Notes under the pieces: generated by a model
Told to the model about the DNA's origin: nothing
The model's input: the letters and a program-made list of their open reading frames with translations, nothing else
Database searches by the model: none
Position numbers and translations under genes: made by a program
In this document: positions 43,897 through 55,781 of the stretch, one piece after another
Position numbering within the stretch: the first letter of the stretch is position 1
Layout of the letters: every line of letters starts with the position of its first letter
Source: Trichosphaerium sp. ATCC 40318
Taxonomy: Eukaryota > Protista > Tubulinea
Reading direction: 5' to 3'
Assembly (NCBI GenBank): GCA_038496445.1
Contig: JALMLS010000168.1
Span: forward strand, 1-64,000
Length of the DNA: 64,000 nt

Positions 43897-44930
43897 CAAC
43901 TATTGAAGTAAGAAAATAATGAGAATTGTTTTGTATGTTGTCGTGCAAGGCGCTAATGAAGTAGTATAGAGTTGTGCTCATGACTTGGTTGGGTGGAGAC
44001 AGCAAACGTTAAGGTGTTTGTACAATGTAATTTTGACAAAAAGATATGGCTACCAGGTTACGGTCTTAGTCAGTTATTATTTCAGGGGTCATTATAGCTT
44101 TGGCGCATCCAAGACAGATTTTGGGCATTGAGATCATTTCAGAATTTTTACATGATAAGTGCTCATGGTACTTTTTTACAAATACGATAACACGATAAAT
44201 CCGTTTTCTTTTATACACCTAAAACTCAAATAAAAATAAATTGTGGGATAGACAATACCTGTAGCCCTGTCCATGGTGATTCAGATAGTTGTGACTTTGG
44301 TTCGAATTGGTTTACATTGAGCTGAGTAAAATGCAGTTTACACTAAAACCTACAACAGCATAACCATGCCAACGGTGATAACTGTTGTGCAACTGTTTTT
44401 CAAATTGGTTCATGTTGAACTGAGTACTCTCTCGAACACCTTTTAAAGTCACCAAAAGCGCTTTAAAGTACGTTATAACACTTGAATATCAACGCTGGGT
44501 ACTTTATTGTGTTTAAATACGCTCAATAAATAGATACAAAGGCTTTGGAACAGTGCAATTACCAAATTCCATTTGTGTCAACCGTTTAAAATTATTTTTG
44601 TGTTTAACACGTTGAACATGGTACGTATGAACTATTGACCGTATTTATATGCATATTGTATCGGTTTCTTAACGGATATAGGATTATCCACAAAAAGATA
44701 TAATCTCACAACATATCTCTTGTTTCCGAAAAAAAAAAAACTGTTCAACCACGTTTTTTGAACCGACACGTCACCAAAACGCTTCAAAGTATGTAAGATA
44801 GTATATTATGCACTAAGTCTGATTACTTGGTTGGTGGCACTGACTGACAAACACGTTTTGCGGAGCAAATGTAGCCAAATTAGGTGATACGAATTTTATT
44901 CATTGGTATTACTCATACAATGCAATATGC
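43897..44930 (-). repeat. Dispersed intergenic element, copy 4, inverted (core about 44035-44440)
   Basis: Reverse complement of copies 1-3, for example acaaaaagatatggctaccaggttacggtcttagtcag. Confidence 0.95.
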
Positions 44931-44949
44931 CGGATATTCTTGTATTAAT

Positions 44950-45200
44950 GTAGAGAGTGAGGACAAGCTTATTCATTTGTCAGCGTGTTGTTTAAAAATA
45001 CAAGTAATCTTTGCATTGTGTCATAACATTATGATAGCCACGTGAGCTTGCTCCAAGGATGTAGTATAAACATGCTGCAACGACGTTACAGATGATGGTG
45101 TTGTGGGGCTTTCAAGCACAAGTGATATAAACTTGAGACGAGCTAAAGTGACCAACTGAAGCTTCAAGGCTTTGGCTGGTGTACATACTCTTCAATCTAA
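44950..45200 (+). pseudogene. Decayed LRR fragment of the LAGVHT F-box/LRR family
   Basis: Reads DVTDDGVVGLSSTSDINLRRAKVTN*SFKALAGVHTL, with a stop and no intact ORF. Confidence 0.7.
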
Positions 45201-45472
45201 ACTAAAGCTAACTACCTGGAACGAAAATGACCCTGAAAACTTTCTAAGCACAAACAAGATGAAACTGGTGCGCTTCTTCGAGCTTTTGGAAGGTGAGATA
45301 CACTCGCTGTTATCAAAGACATTCGAATAGTATGTGGAATCTAATTATTATCATCTATTCCAAGAATGTAGAATTTGAATTCTTAGAAAGTTTGATAAGT
45401 CAAGCACAGCTCAACATAAAATAGCCAACAACACAAACTGCAACACCCACTAACACGAAACAACGGCTAAGC

Positions 45473-47437
45473 ATGTCTAAACCAAAGGTGCAAATACAGA
45501 AATATCACGTATTATCGTGACCTTGAGTTTTTAGTTGAAGCGTGAAGGTACTATGGAAGCTACAGCCACTGAAGGCCAAAGCATATTGGATGCACAAGGA
45601 TTTGAAAAAGCAAAGGATCGACAAACACGCTCTACAAAGCGCGTACGTACCTCAGTGATAATAGCACATTGGTCCATTGAGCTTACATCATGCATTACAG
45701 GCGGTAGAATCGGCGTCAGTGATGCTTGGCGGAAAAAGAAAACGGCCTAAGGAGATGACCAAAGACGATCTTAGTTCTTACATCAAAGGCCTCCGTATGG
45801 CGTTTAGGTAATTTTTGAGCATTTAAAGTGTTGCTAACAGCAAAATAGAGTTTTCGACGAAAACAAAGATGGCGTTATAACCGGTGATGAATTAAAGGCC
45901 GTATTACGCTCTCTGGGTAAAACCCCAACGGTTGCGAAGATAAAAGGCATTTTAAAGGAAGCTGACACGAATAAAGATGTAAAATAGCAAAAACTATGGA
46001 AAATTTCTCACTGTTTTCTTACTTTCGCTTTAGGGAGGTATTTCTGTTGATGAGTTTATCAAATACATGGAAAAACAGAAAATGAAAGTTCAGGTGCGTT
46101 CGCTTTTCCAAGATAGGCTACCTTACACAAACTAACTGAGTTTGAATCAGAATGATGAAAAACAACCAAAGAAAAGAAAAGTTGCTAAGAAAACAAAGCA
46201 AGTACCATCGACTTCAACACCACCAAAGGAAAAAGCACCTCAGAAAAAGACGGGCCCAAAGAAAAGTAAAAAAGCCGATAAGGAAGAAGACAAAAGTGAT
46301 GCAATGGAAGTTGATACACCACCAACAAAGAAAAAGCAAAAGTAAGTTTCGTTTAGCAATCAATCTTTGAGCATTCTGTTGCTAACTCTTTCTTCTAGAC
46401 CAGCATTAAAGCGTGGATTGAGTATCACTGGATTCTTTACAGAGTTTGCTGATCAACATGATGAGATAAAAGCAACTCACAAAGATGCGCACATGAACCC
46501 TTCAGGTCGTGGATATGATCTCGGTAGAGAAAGTGCTTTTGGCATGTTCACAATCATCTTGCGTTCTTATTATTATGGCGATAACGTGTGGACCAAGCCT
46601 AAGGAAGCATTAGAAGCTAAGGGATTTGTAGTCATTATTGCCAAAAATGATAAGGTACAACAACGAAAGCAAAACTTAAAGATACTAAGCGCTTTTTAGG
46701 AGTTTTTGGATGACTTGGATAACCACGATGAAGCTTGGGTTTGTGCTGGTCATTCGGGTACTCTATCAAAAGAAATGTGTGATGCATTGGCCAAGTATCA
46801 TGCTGCAGGTAAAGGAATATTCATATGGGCAGACAATGAACCATATATTCAGCATGTACGCAACTTTATGCTATTTCCTTGTTGTTAATCGAATTTAAAA
46901 GGCGAATGGTCTAATTAAAGCACTCGGTTTTGATTACCAACTAACTGGAAACGTATTTGGATCTAAAAACCTAACTCTGGGCGGACGTGGAAAACCTAAG
47001 ACAGGACAGTGTAAGCAACAGTCTTTCGGGGTTTTTTTGTTGTTGTTTCTGACTTTAGATTTAGTCAAACGACACTTGATAACAACTGGTCTTGTTTCTC
47101 TTTGTGAAGGCTTCACTATTTGCTATCCAACAAAAGAAACGGAAGATATGAACATCATAGGTACAGGCACTGACGGTCACCCTTGCTTCTGGTCACATCA
47201 CCCTAAAAACAAAGGTAAACTAGCAACTTCTCATTCTTTGCCTTCAACTGAGTTTCAATTCTAGGACGTGTTGTTGTTGATTGCGGTTTCACCAAGCTTT
47301 ATATGAACTGGGATTCAGCGGGTACTGGACGCTATGTTCGAAATTGTGCTGTTTGGTTATCTGGAGTTGATTGGCGTCTTAAAATTGGAGCAGGACTTAA
47401 AGGCGATATTGATTGGTCATCTGTTAATCAACAATAA
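45473..47437 (+). CDS. EF-hand protein fused to an uncharacterised domain (possibly class I GATase-like fold)
   Basis: LKREGTMEATATEG motif; EF-hands AFRVFDENKDGVITGDEL and EADTNKDGGISVDEF; C-terminal GKGIFIWADNEPY, HLITTGL...EGFTICYP, GRVVVDCGFTKLY...AGTGRYVRNCAVWL. Confidence 0.8.
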
Positions 47438-47615
47438 ACTCAAGCGTTTGCTTTATTAAACTATAGTTATCTGTTTTGCCACCGCCACAACACCAGAAAA
47501 CAATGAAACTACTTCTTGGTCTAGTACTTATGCGCAAACGTTGCTATTGCAAGAAGATCGTTGATGTTCGAATGAAGTCTCAGTTTAGAAACTCTAGACC
47601 ATGCTTATTCTCAAT

Positions 47616-47681
47616 GCCAACCCAGGACTTGGTGTAGTTGATAACATACCAATTGCGGTAGCACACTTCGAAATCTTACCT
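47616..47681 (+). repeat. Inverted duplicate of 48967-49032 (5' end of the neighbouring gene)
   Basis: 60/66 identity to the reverse complement of 48967-49032. Both translate as LGV(V/A)(D/G)NIPIAVAHFEILP. Confidence 0.9.
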
Positions 47682-48024
47682 AGACAACTACAATTAGTGG
47701 TAAACATTTTTGTATTTTATTTGCATAGAAAATTCCGCTTTAAGTCATACAATGTTGCTGCCCTCAAATCTCTAGTTTGTACAACCGAAATTAATACCTA
47801 AAAAGACTAACAGGGCAACCTGGACCCGCTCCAATGATCAGCTTGGAGCAGCAGCTTTTTATAATTCTACAAGCTTGCGGTTTTTGAAGGTGTAGAAGGC
47901 TTTAGTAACACATTTCGATTGTTGACAATGTTCGAAAAAAAAGATACTATGAACTTAGAATAGCAATTACAGTTGACCGGGCCTCATGTGTATACTATTG
48001 TACATTTTATTTAGCTAAAACACC

Positions 48025-49044
48025 TTATTTTACAGATAATTCTTTGGCAATACTCTTCACATTATCAGTCTCATAATATGGTACACCAGCATAATCGGCA
48101 AGATCTTGCATGTCTTTTCTTGATACTTTTACATCCATATGTTCCGATTTGTACCCAACAAGTAACTTACACTCAGTCTAAACGAAAATATAAGCAAAAA
48201 AAAAAGAATGAAACTGGCGCGATGCATAAACCAACGTCTTGACGCATACCTGTGCTGATTTGTCATCAATAAATAGTGCTGCATTTGCAAGTGAATCAAT
48301 ATCATCCAAAAATACAACTATCACGTGACTAGTTGGTATTTGTTTTCCTGCCTGTGACAATCTACCTCCGCGATTTCCAAGATCGTCTTGACGTTGTCTT
48401 TCTCTCTCTCTTTGGATTCTCCGAAACCTTGGCGCTGATCTACCTCCGCGATGTCTCCACAGCCTTAACTTGGCCTTTACAGGAAGTGTTTGAACTTGTT
48501 GCGTGCTCTGGATAGGTGTTTGCGCTTGAAAGCTTTGAAGTAATACCTGGCTACCATGTTCTGTATTTGAGTGCGTCGCAGTCGGTTGTGTGATCACTTG
48601 AGGCGCCATTGAGAGTATATTTGGCGTTTTTTGTTGCGTATGGTTGCCGATATCTTGTTTTGAAGGATCAGGTATTGGAACGTTTAAAAACGGGTCGTGA
48701 AACTGTTGTGAGAACTGTTGTACGGTTTTGTTGTTCTTTGACATTAGATAGCCCGGTACAGGTGTGTACATAATGAAATTACTGGTATTACAATGAAGAA
48801 GCATGTTTAAATGGGTGTGATGTTGTATTGTTGCCTAAACTAAAAACCGTGGACATTTCACTGAATCGATCTCAGGTGAACTTTTTGATGTTAAGCGGAA
48901 CGGTATACAGTAATTGTCCGTATTTGACAAAGTTTTTAAACACAGAGACACGTGCCACGTTTCTTCAGGTAAGATTTCGAAGTGGGCTACCGCAATTGGT
49001 ATGTTACCAGCTACACCAAGTTTTAGGTTGGCTTGGTTGTGCAT
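48025..49044 (-). CDS. Highly degenerate Rab/Ras-like small GTPase (pseudo-GTPase) with a Gln-rich insertion
   Basis: Colinear remnants: NLKLGVAGNIP (beta1/G1), AKLRLWRHRGGRSAPRFRRI (G3), HVIVVFLDDIDSL, KLLVGYKSE (G4), VSRKDMQDLADYAGVPYYETD (G5). 5' exon structure uncertain. Confidence 0.55.
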
Positions 49045-49154
49045 TTTACAATTTTAAATAGCTACCTTAAAATAAATATGTGCTTTATTTAGCAGTACTT
49101 CATAGTAAGGTTTATTGCAATGTAATAAACCAGTCCACTGTAAACGTTAGGAGA

Positions 49155-51922
49155 TCATATGGTATGCAGAAAATTCCGCATCTTGTAAAGGTCCTTCAGG
49201 TAAAACTTGCTGATTTGAAGTATGCTACACCAATACCTTGTGTTGTTTTCCATTACGCTGGGAAGTTATTTTAATGTCACATTTATTTCCGTGTTTTGTG
49301 CTACATTTTGGTATGTTCATAGCTATACAATGAGAATAGTTATTGCTTAGTCTGTTGTAGTTACTCCTCACCAATTTTTTATCCACACCTTTAAGGTGTA
49401 GGTCAGGAATTGCCGTTGTTCAACATTAAACTTTTTACTTCTTTCTCATGTCACCATCCATATATCTAGTGCAGTTTTCCCAGTTGCTACATTCTCTGTT
49501 CCAAGTATTCTCTGTTTGGCTGTTGAAAAGAAAATATTAGAACGACCTTGAATCTCGAAAAAAAAAAAAAAATCAAGAACGTTGCTGAAATAAAATCACG
49601 GAGTCTTTGGCCACATACCTAGTTCACCACGTATTGACGCTCTTGCTGTAGAGTGAGCCATACGTTTAAACCATTTCAATGACATTTCATGGTAATTCTT
49701 GTTAACACAGAACAAACCAACACCTAAGAAAAAAGTTGGAAACACAAACAAAAAAAAGAAAAGTGTCTGGAACGTGTCACGGAAACAGCTTTCTTCAACC
49801 TCCATAAACAAATTATCGTTTTGTATGTGAAAGCTAAAGTCACAGCGGATATTTTAGTTACCTACCTGAAGGGACTTTGAATGATTTGTGCCAGATGTAT
49901 CCTTCTATTTTATTGAACTCATTTGCTTTTGAACCAGCTGGAAACATTTCAACAATACCAAAGAAATAACCTAAACGTTTATATTAGAAAGGCTTCTAAA
50001 TGCATGTAAACATTTTTGAGAGTAAAATAAATGGTAAATTATGTATCAAGGTTACGTACTGTGGCGTGAAATGACATGGTGTTGTAAATTCCTAATATTT
50101 TCTTAGTAAGTATTTTTAAAACGCTCACTTTTTACTATGTTGACAGATAATCTGAACAACAGGATATTATCATAATGGCGTAATAGTATAAAAGATGGCA
50201 AAGTATTGTAAGATTAAATATCTTGTTGCGGCGAAGAGACAAACAAGTTTTTTGAAGCAAAAAAAACAGAAGGTTACCTTGTGAAGATACTCCAACGGTC
50301 CCCAAGACTGATTATTGTAAATTGTATAACTTTGAATACACAGTATGCAAATGTGGGTTTATATAATGTACTAAAGAAGAAATAAGAAAAGCCAAAAAAC
50401 CAAGAAAAACTGTTGCCACCAAATGTTGCGGTTGAAAAGAAATAATCCTTCTTACTTGTTTCTATCATTTTTGGCTTTTTTATGTTTCTCTGCGAGTGAC
50501 CACATTGGCATCTCTTTTACAAACTCATTGTTCATATCACTCATGGGATACGTAACACTGCAAGTGTCATGTTACAATAAGGCAGCAAACCAACAACAAA
50601 ATAAATTAGAGGCAATACGCACACATAGCTGCCTGAGGTTGCAATGTCAATCAAGTTTGATACCTCTCTATACAGTTGTTTATCAACTTTTTTAGCCTCT
50701 TCTTGTATTGACTCCAGTACTTCTAGTATAAAGTCATCATCATACTCTCTCTGCCACTCCTAGAGCAGGTTCAGTAAGCAATACAAACTTGTTACCATTC
50801 TTGTACCCTATCATCTGACATTCGTGTTCTCATGTCCGTAACAAGCATAAGAGTTTTACAAGCTTCTAATTGAATAGGTATATATTCACATGTGGCAAGG
50901 TCATGAAGCTGACTAGAGAGTCTAAACCAAAGTAAGTTTAAAGTAGAAAAATAATCAATGTACTTTTTGCAAATATCAACAAAAAACTTGTCAGTCAAAT
51001 AAAGACACATATAGCCAAGCATCTCAATATTGAATCGTATAAACTCAAGTGTATCTACGCTTAATATATCTGGTTCTTGATCAAGAGAATAAAGCTCAAC
51101 CAAGTTATCAAGAACAACAGCCAATAAACTCTTAAAGAACAGCCGACTTCTTTCACCTCTAAAAACGCCCATAGTATACGCCAACATAACAACAGTTATA
51201 GCCTATTTTTAGATCAATAATCACGTGTAGTACAAAAAAAACCCAGTGGGTTTTTACTAATAATGTTAAATGCGTTTAAGTGCTTACCTTCTTGCGTAAC
51301 GCGAGATTTGAGGAGTCTAGTAAACATACCAGTTCGTCTTCCATTTTATCGAAATGGATGTCATTGTAAAAACTTACTAGTAGTAACATAAGTATACCCA
51401 AAGTATCAGATTTAATATCATCATCAGAGTCTTCCTATGTTGTTCCTCGTTAGCCAACTTATCGCACACCAATCCTTTTGGAAAGACTTGTGTTTGAACA
51501 ACACCAAAATGGCGAAAATATTAAAGGTTTTCAAAGAACAAAAAACAGAGCGTTCTCAAGAACTTGTAGCATTACCAGTAGGGTTTTTAGTATAGTTATG
51601 ACATATGGGGTTGATTCAGATGACATTGAGCGACTACGTAGTAAATATCCCTCTCTAGACCGAAATACCCTGCACAAGCCGTTTGTTTAATAATTAATTA
51701 CGCATGGCGTACGATTTAGCCCATTTTACCCAGTTAGACCTGAGATTAGTTCTAGTGCACCAATTAAGCGTTATTTACCTCTACTTTATCACCGTACGCT
51801 TTGTTAGCTATTATATCGGCAACTAACGCTTTATCTGGGTTTCTAAAACGTTCATCCATTAAACGACCTTTATCTTTATCTGACAGCTCTCTTCTTCCTT
51901 TCTTTTCCTTTCTATGACTCAT
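49155..51922 (-). CDS. Multi-exon alpha-helical protein, possibly divergent STRIP/Far11-like
   Basis: Many exons with canonical splice sites. LLDSSNLALRKKAITVVMLAYTMGVF and KKFNVEQRQFLTYTLKVW...NNTRYWCSILQ loosely resemble the N1221 and DUF3402 regions of STRIP. Gene is likely real; the family call is weak. Confidence 0.45.
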
Positions 51923-52933
51923 TACAGGCTACCCACTTGTTGTTGCTGAAATAAATACAGTACAGAAATTTAAGCGTTTTTCGAATTTTCATTGAATGTT
52001 ACATCTGTTGCAACAACATTTCAGGCGCCATTTGCGATCAGAAAAAGTATCCCAAAAGGTGCAGAATCACAATTAGTGCATATTTTGTTCAGGAAAAGTG
52101 TCAGTAAACAGGAAATTTCGTTTTATAACAAAGTAACCTTGGTAAAAAGAGAAAAAGAAAGAGATAAGTTTTGTGAGCACCCTTAGGCTTAGTATAATTA
52201 TTTATATGCGATCACTACATAAAGCTCAGATACTAGTAAGAGTGGCTAGTGTACAAGTACTTGGTGAAATGTTGAAAGTGTCAGATTTGCTAGAGTGCCA
52301 ACTCGCAATTGTTAGAGCAATTTTGGCGATTAATCGTTGCAAGGTGGTATGTACGCCTCAGAGATGAATAGAATCGGTCGATTAGAAGTTTGTCAACAAT
52401 ATACCGGGAAGAATTAGACTCGTGTTAGACATCATTAGTGATTGCTGTTTGTGACTAGTGGGATTGAAACAACAATTTCGACTTGAGCGCGCGTTTACGA
52501 TGTACCAACTACAACTAATGGATAAGAAAACATAAAAAAACGTGCGCAATCATGTGCTAAATATAAAGAGTATCTTTTCTGTAAGGAAACGTGGCAATGT
52601 GTACTACATAGGGAAATACGTAGTTACCTTCAGAGGTGACTTTGGGAACGGTGTGTTTTTGAGCGAGTTTGGTTGAATACTACGCCCAGAATGTACCGGA
52701 CAAATTAATCATGGTTTTTTTTTATTAATTTGCCGAAAGAATGCTCGTGGTATCTAAATACAAGTAGTAACAGCGACAGAGACAGCAATTAGGCAAAAAA
52801 AGGAAAGACCTAAGAAATGACGTTTAAGTATCACAAAGAAAGCTAGGAACAATCCACGCGTTGTTATTGCCTTTTTTAAGCACTTGAGAAGCAGTCAACG
52901 CTAGTTTTGAACACTTGTTCTACTCTCGTAACT

Positions 52934-54364
52934 ATGGACGCCTCGGCAACTCTAGAGTCTAGAACGCGTGCTCACTGTAAGAAATTCAGAGCCAACGACA
53001 CTCGGGCGTTGTGGGAGCTATTTACCACAGTTGTTACCTATGCAATCGTCGACTGCCTCATTACAACACTACCTGCTTGGTTATGGATAATATTGAAGGC
53101 ATATGTTGCCGTTCGTACTTTTGTCGTATTTCACGATTGTTGTCACGAAGCCTTTTTTACATCTCGTGTGTGGAATAAGCGCGTGGGAACCTTCCTCGGT
53201 GCATTTGTATTAACACCATACGATCACTGGAGATACACCCACAATGTAAACCATCACCACGTATTCGGCTTGTACCGTGGTACGTATTAAACGCGAATCT
53301 AGCAACCTGGAAAAACTTTTTTTTTGTTTTTGCATCAGTTGCCCTTATTTGTTTTTGATCACTCTCTAAAAATGCACTAACGCTAAGGGAGTAATAAATT
53401 AAAGTTGATTGCTCAAGTTAACCCAACAGAAAAAATATTTCTGAGCTTTTTTGTGTGAACTCCTTTTTCCTTTTTTTGGCATTTTTTACTGTACTGCTTA
53501 ACGTTTATACATTTTGAACCTTACATTGTATACACATTAGATACAAGAGACTCTGGACAGACACTATTATTCACAAAACAATCATGGGAGGAAATGCCGT
53601 TTTGGAAAAAGTGTGTTTCTCGTGTATTCCGTGATCCTTTTGTATTCGTTACTATTACAGCTATGCTTCATTTCTACAAGTACCGTTTACCATACTACAA
53701 AGGATGGTTATTTGTTGATGTTTTTTGCGTTGCCTACCATGCTCTCTTTATATGGCTTGGATTGAAATACTGGTTATACCTAAACATTGCCACTATGCTT
53801 GCTGATGGTACTGGACTAATGTTGTTCCATTTGCAACACAGCGTAAACCCGTACGTAACATTCATTCTTCGGTTTCAGAAAAACTAAAAATACGAAGCCA
53901 CTCACGCAAGTTTATACGCCATTTCGATGACATATGCTTCTCTTGTGTCTTGTAAACCGTATTAACTGTTTATTTAGTGTCTACAAGGTTAAGGAAGGCG
54001 AAAAGAGATCCGGTTACGAAGTTGCTATCAAGGGATCAACTCACCTCCTAGTCGCCTGGTATCTCAAGTTTATGACCATGGGCATCCAATACCACCACAT
54101 CCATCACTTGGACTCTAAAGTGCCTGGATATTACCTCAAAGAGTGTCATGAGGTGCGATTTTTATTTAAACTTGCATTACAACAGTTGCAGTTTCTTAAT
54201 CTTAACTTTAGAGCGCACCTCCTGGTATGTGGGATGATGTCGTTCAAGTTGACGCCAAAAGAGCTCTACGCTCATTTTTTGATGCCATGTACGATGAAAA
54301 AACTGGCACAGCTGTATCATTCCCTATTTACGAGTGGTTATTGGGTCCTTTTAGTCCTAAGTAA
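52934..54364 (+). CDS. Membrane fatty acid desaturase (bacterial Des-like)
   Basis: Three His boxes HDCCH, HNVNHH and HHIHH, plus LFHLQH and VPGYYL. Confidence 0.92.
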
Positions 54365-55781
54365 TCAAGCACAAAAAAAAAACTTTCTAAAGAACGAAAT
54401 CTCGTCCTTTGTTAATAAACGCTACGAAAGCTCAAACATTTTAAATCCTGTGCGATAAAACGTCATTGCGACAGATTTTTTTTTTGAAGGCTCAGTTTTT
54501 ATGTCTACTCGCGTAGATAGTTTGTTGATTCGTTCTTGTATTTGTCATAGATAACGTAAACAGTGTTGTGGTAATGCTGGGATGTTATTCCTTAGATGAA
54601 TAGCAAGTTATTTTACACAGTGTCAAAAAAAGCGTTGCCAACCCTTATTTTCTTCCAAGCTTTATAATATCGCTCGTTGTAGGGCTAACAAAGGGAAAGA
54701 GCGTGACTTTGAATTCATTCTAAGCCAAGATCATTGCTTTCTTAATCCTTCTCTGTTTCATGTAATCCAAAGCCAATACAGTCTATAATGCGTTAATACG
54801 TTTCTTTTTGCCGCTTGTTAAATGTTTAAACCATTAGAACAAAAAATTTAGTAAATAAGAGCGTTTTGAGACCCTTGAAGTGAATAACGAACGTGTCGCA
54901 ATTTTTGAGCAATTTTTTCTTGCAGAAGCGTGTTTCGTTTTTAATTATTAATGGCGCCACTGAGTTGATTTACGTACGTAGAATGGTGCGCGTATCAATA
55001 AGCTGTACTTCGATCGATTACCAGGGAGAGAAAAAGCCAATGCGGTACCGGCGTATGCCAATCTCTCACAGGTTCTGAAGAGGTCATTTACGTCTTGAGG
55101 TTGATGGAAGAAGTAGTCAGCGAAACAAGCGCCGGCGTCACCTAAGTTGTACAAAGCTAGTGGTGCTAGTACAGCAAAGTTCTACGACGGAATTAGTGAT
55201 TTACAGAGCTACAAGCTTTTAAAAGATTGAGGCGGTCTAAAACAACGAATTAACACTACAATTATTATCGTACAAGGTATTGGAGAGGGTGATAGCCTGT
55301 TGCGTTACTGAACTTGTACACTGTACCGCCAATAGCAATGCTAGCCGCTGGAATTGGAGTGGTAGCCATTTCTAAGTTGTCTTCAATAGAAAAAAGTGAC
55401 TGCAGTTTTCAATGCTGTTCTCTTTGGAACAATCTATCACAAAATAATCAGTTACTATTGCTTGTATTGCTATACATGCGTTGCAAGCTCGTAGTTTGAG
55501 CAAAGCTGTATCTCGTTAGCGTGCGTATTAAGAAGCACAGTTGTTAGGTCAGTTGTATCACGTGTATGTTGCAGAGCTAGAATTGCGCAAAAGGGCTCCT
55601 AGTTTATTGTGACCGTCCCTTCGCTACTCCATAGGAAAAGCGTACAAATTAGAAAATTAGCGAATTTTTGTCGTTTACTTTGTTTTAACGCACTCATACC
55701 ATACCGTTTACGATAAGAGTGCTTGGGTCCAATACACATTTGCAAGAGGGTTTATTTAGGCTGTAATTAAGGCTGTACGTC

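Noticed and set aside
54640-55500. Possible decayed gene on the minus strand
   Set aside because: Looks coding-like in places but has stops in all frames and no recognisable motif.
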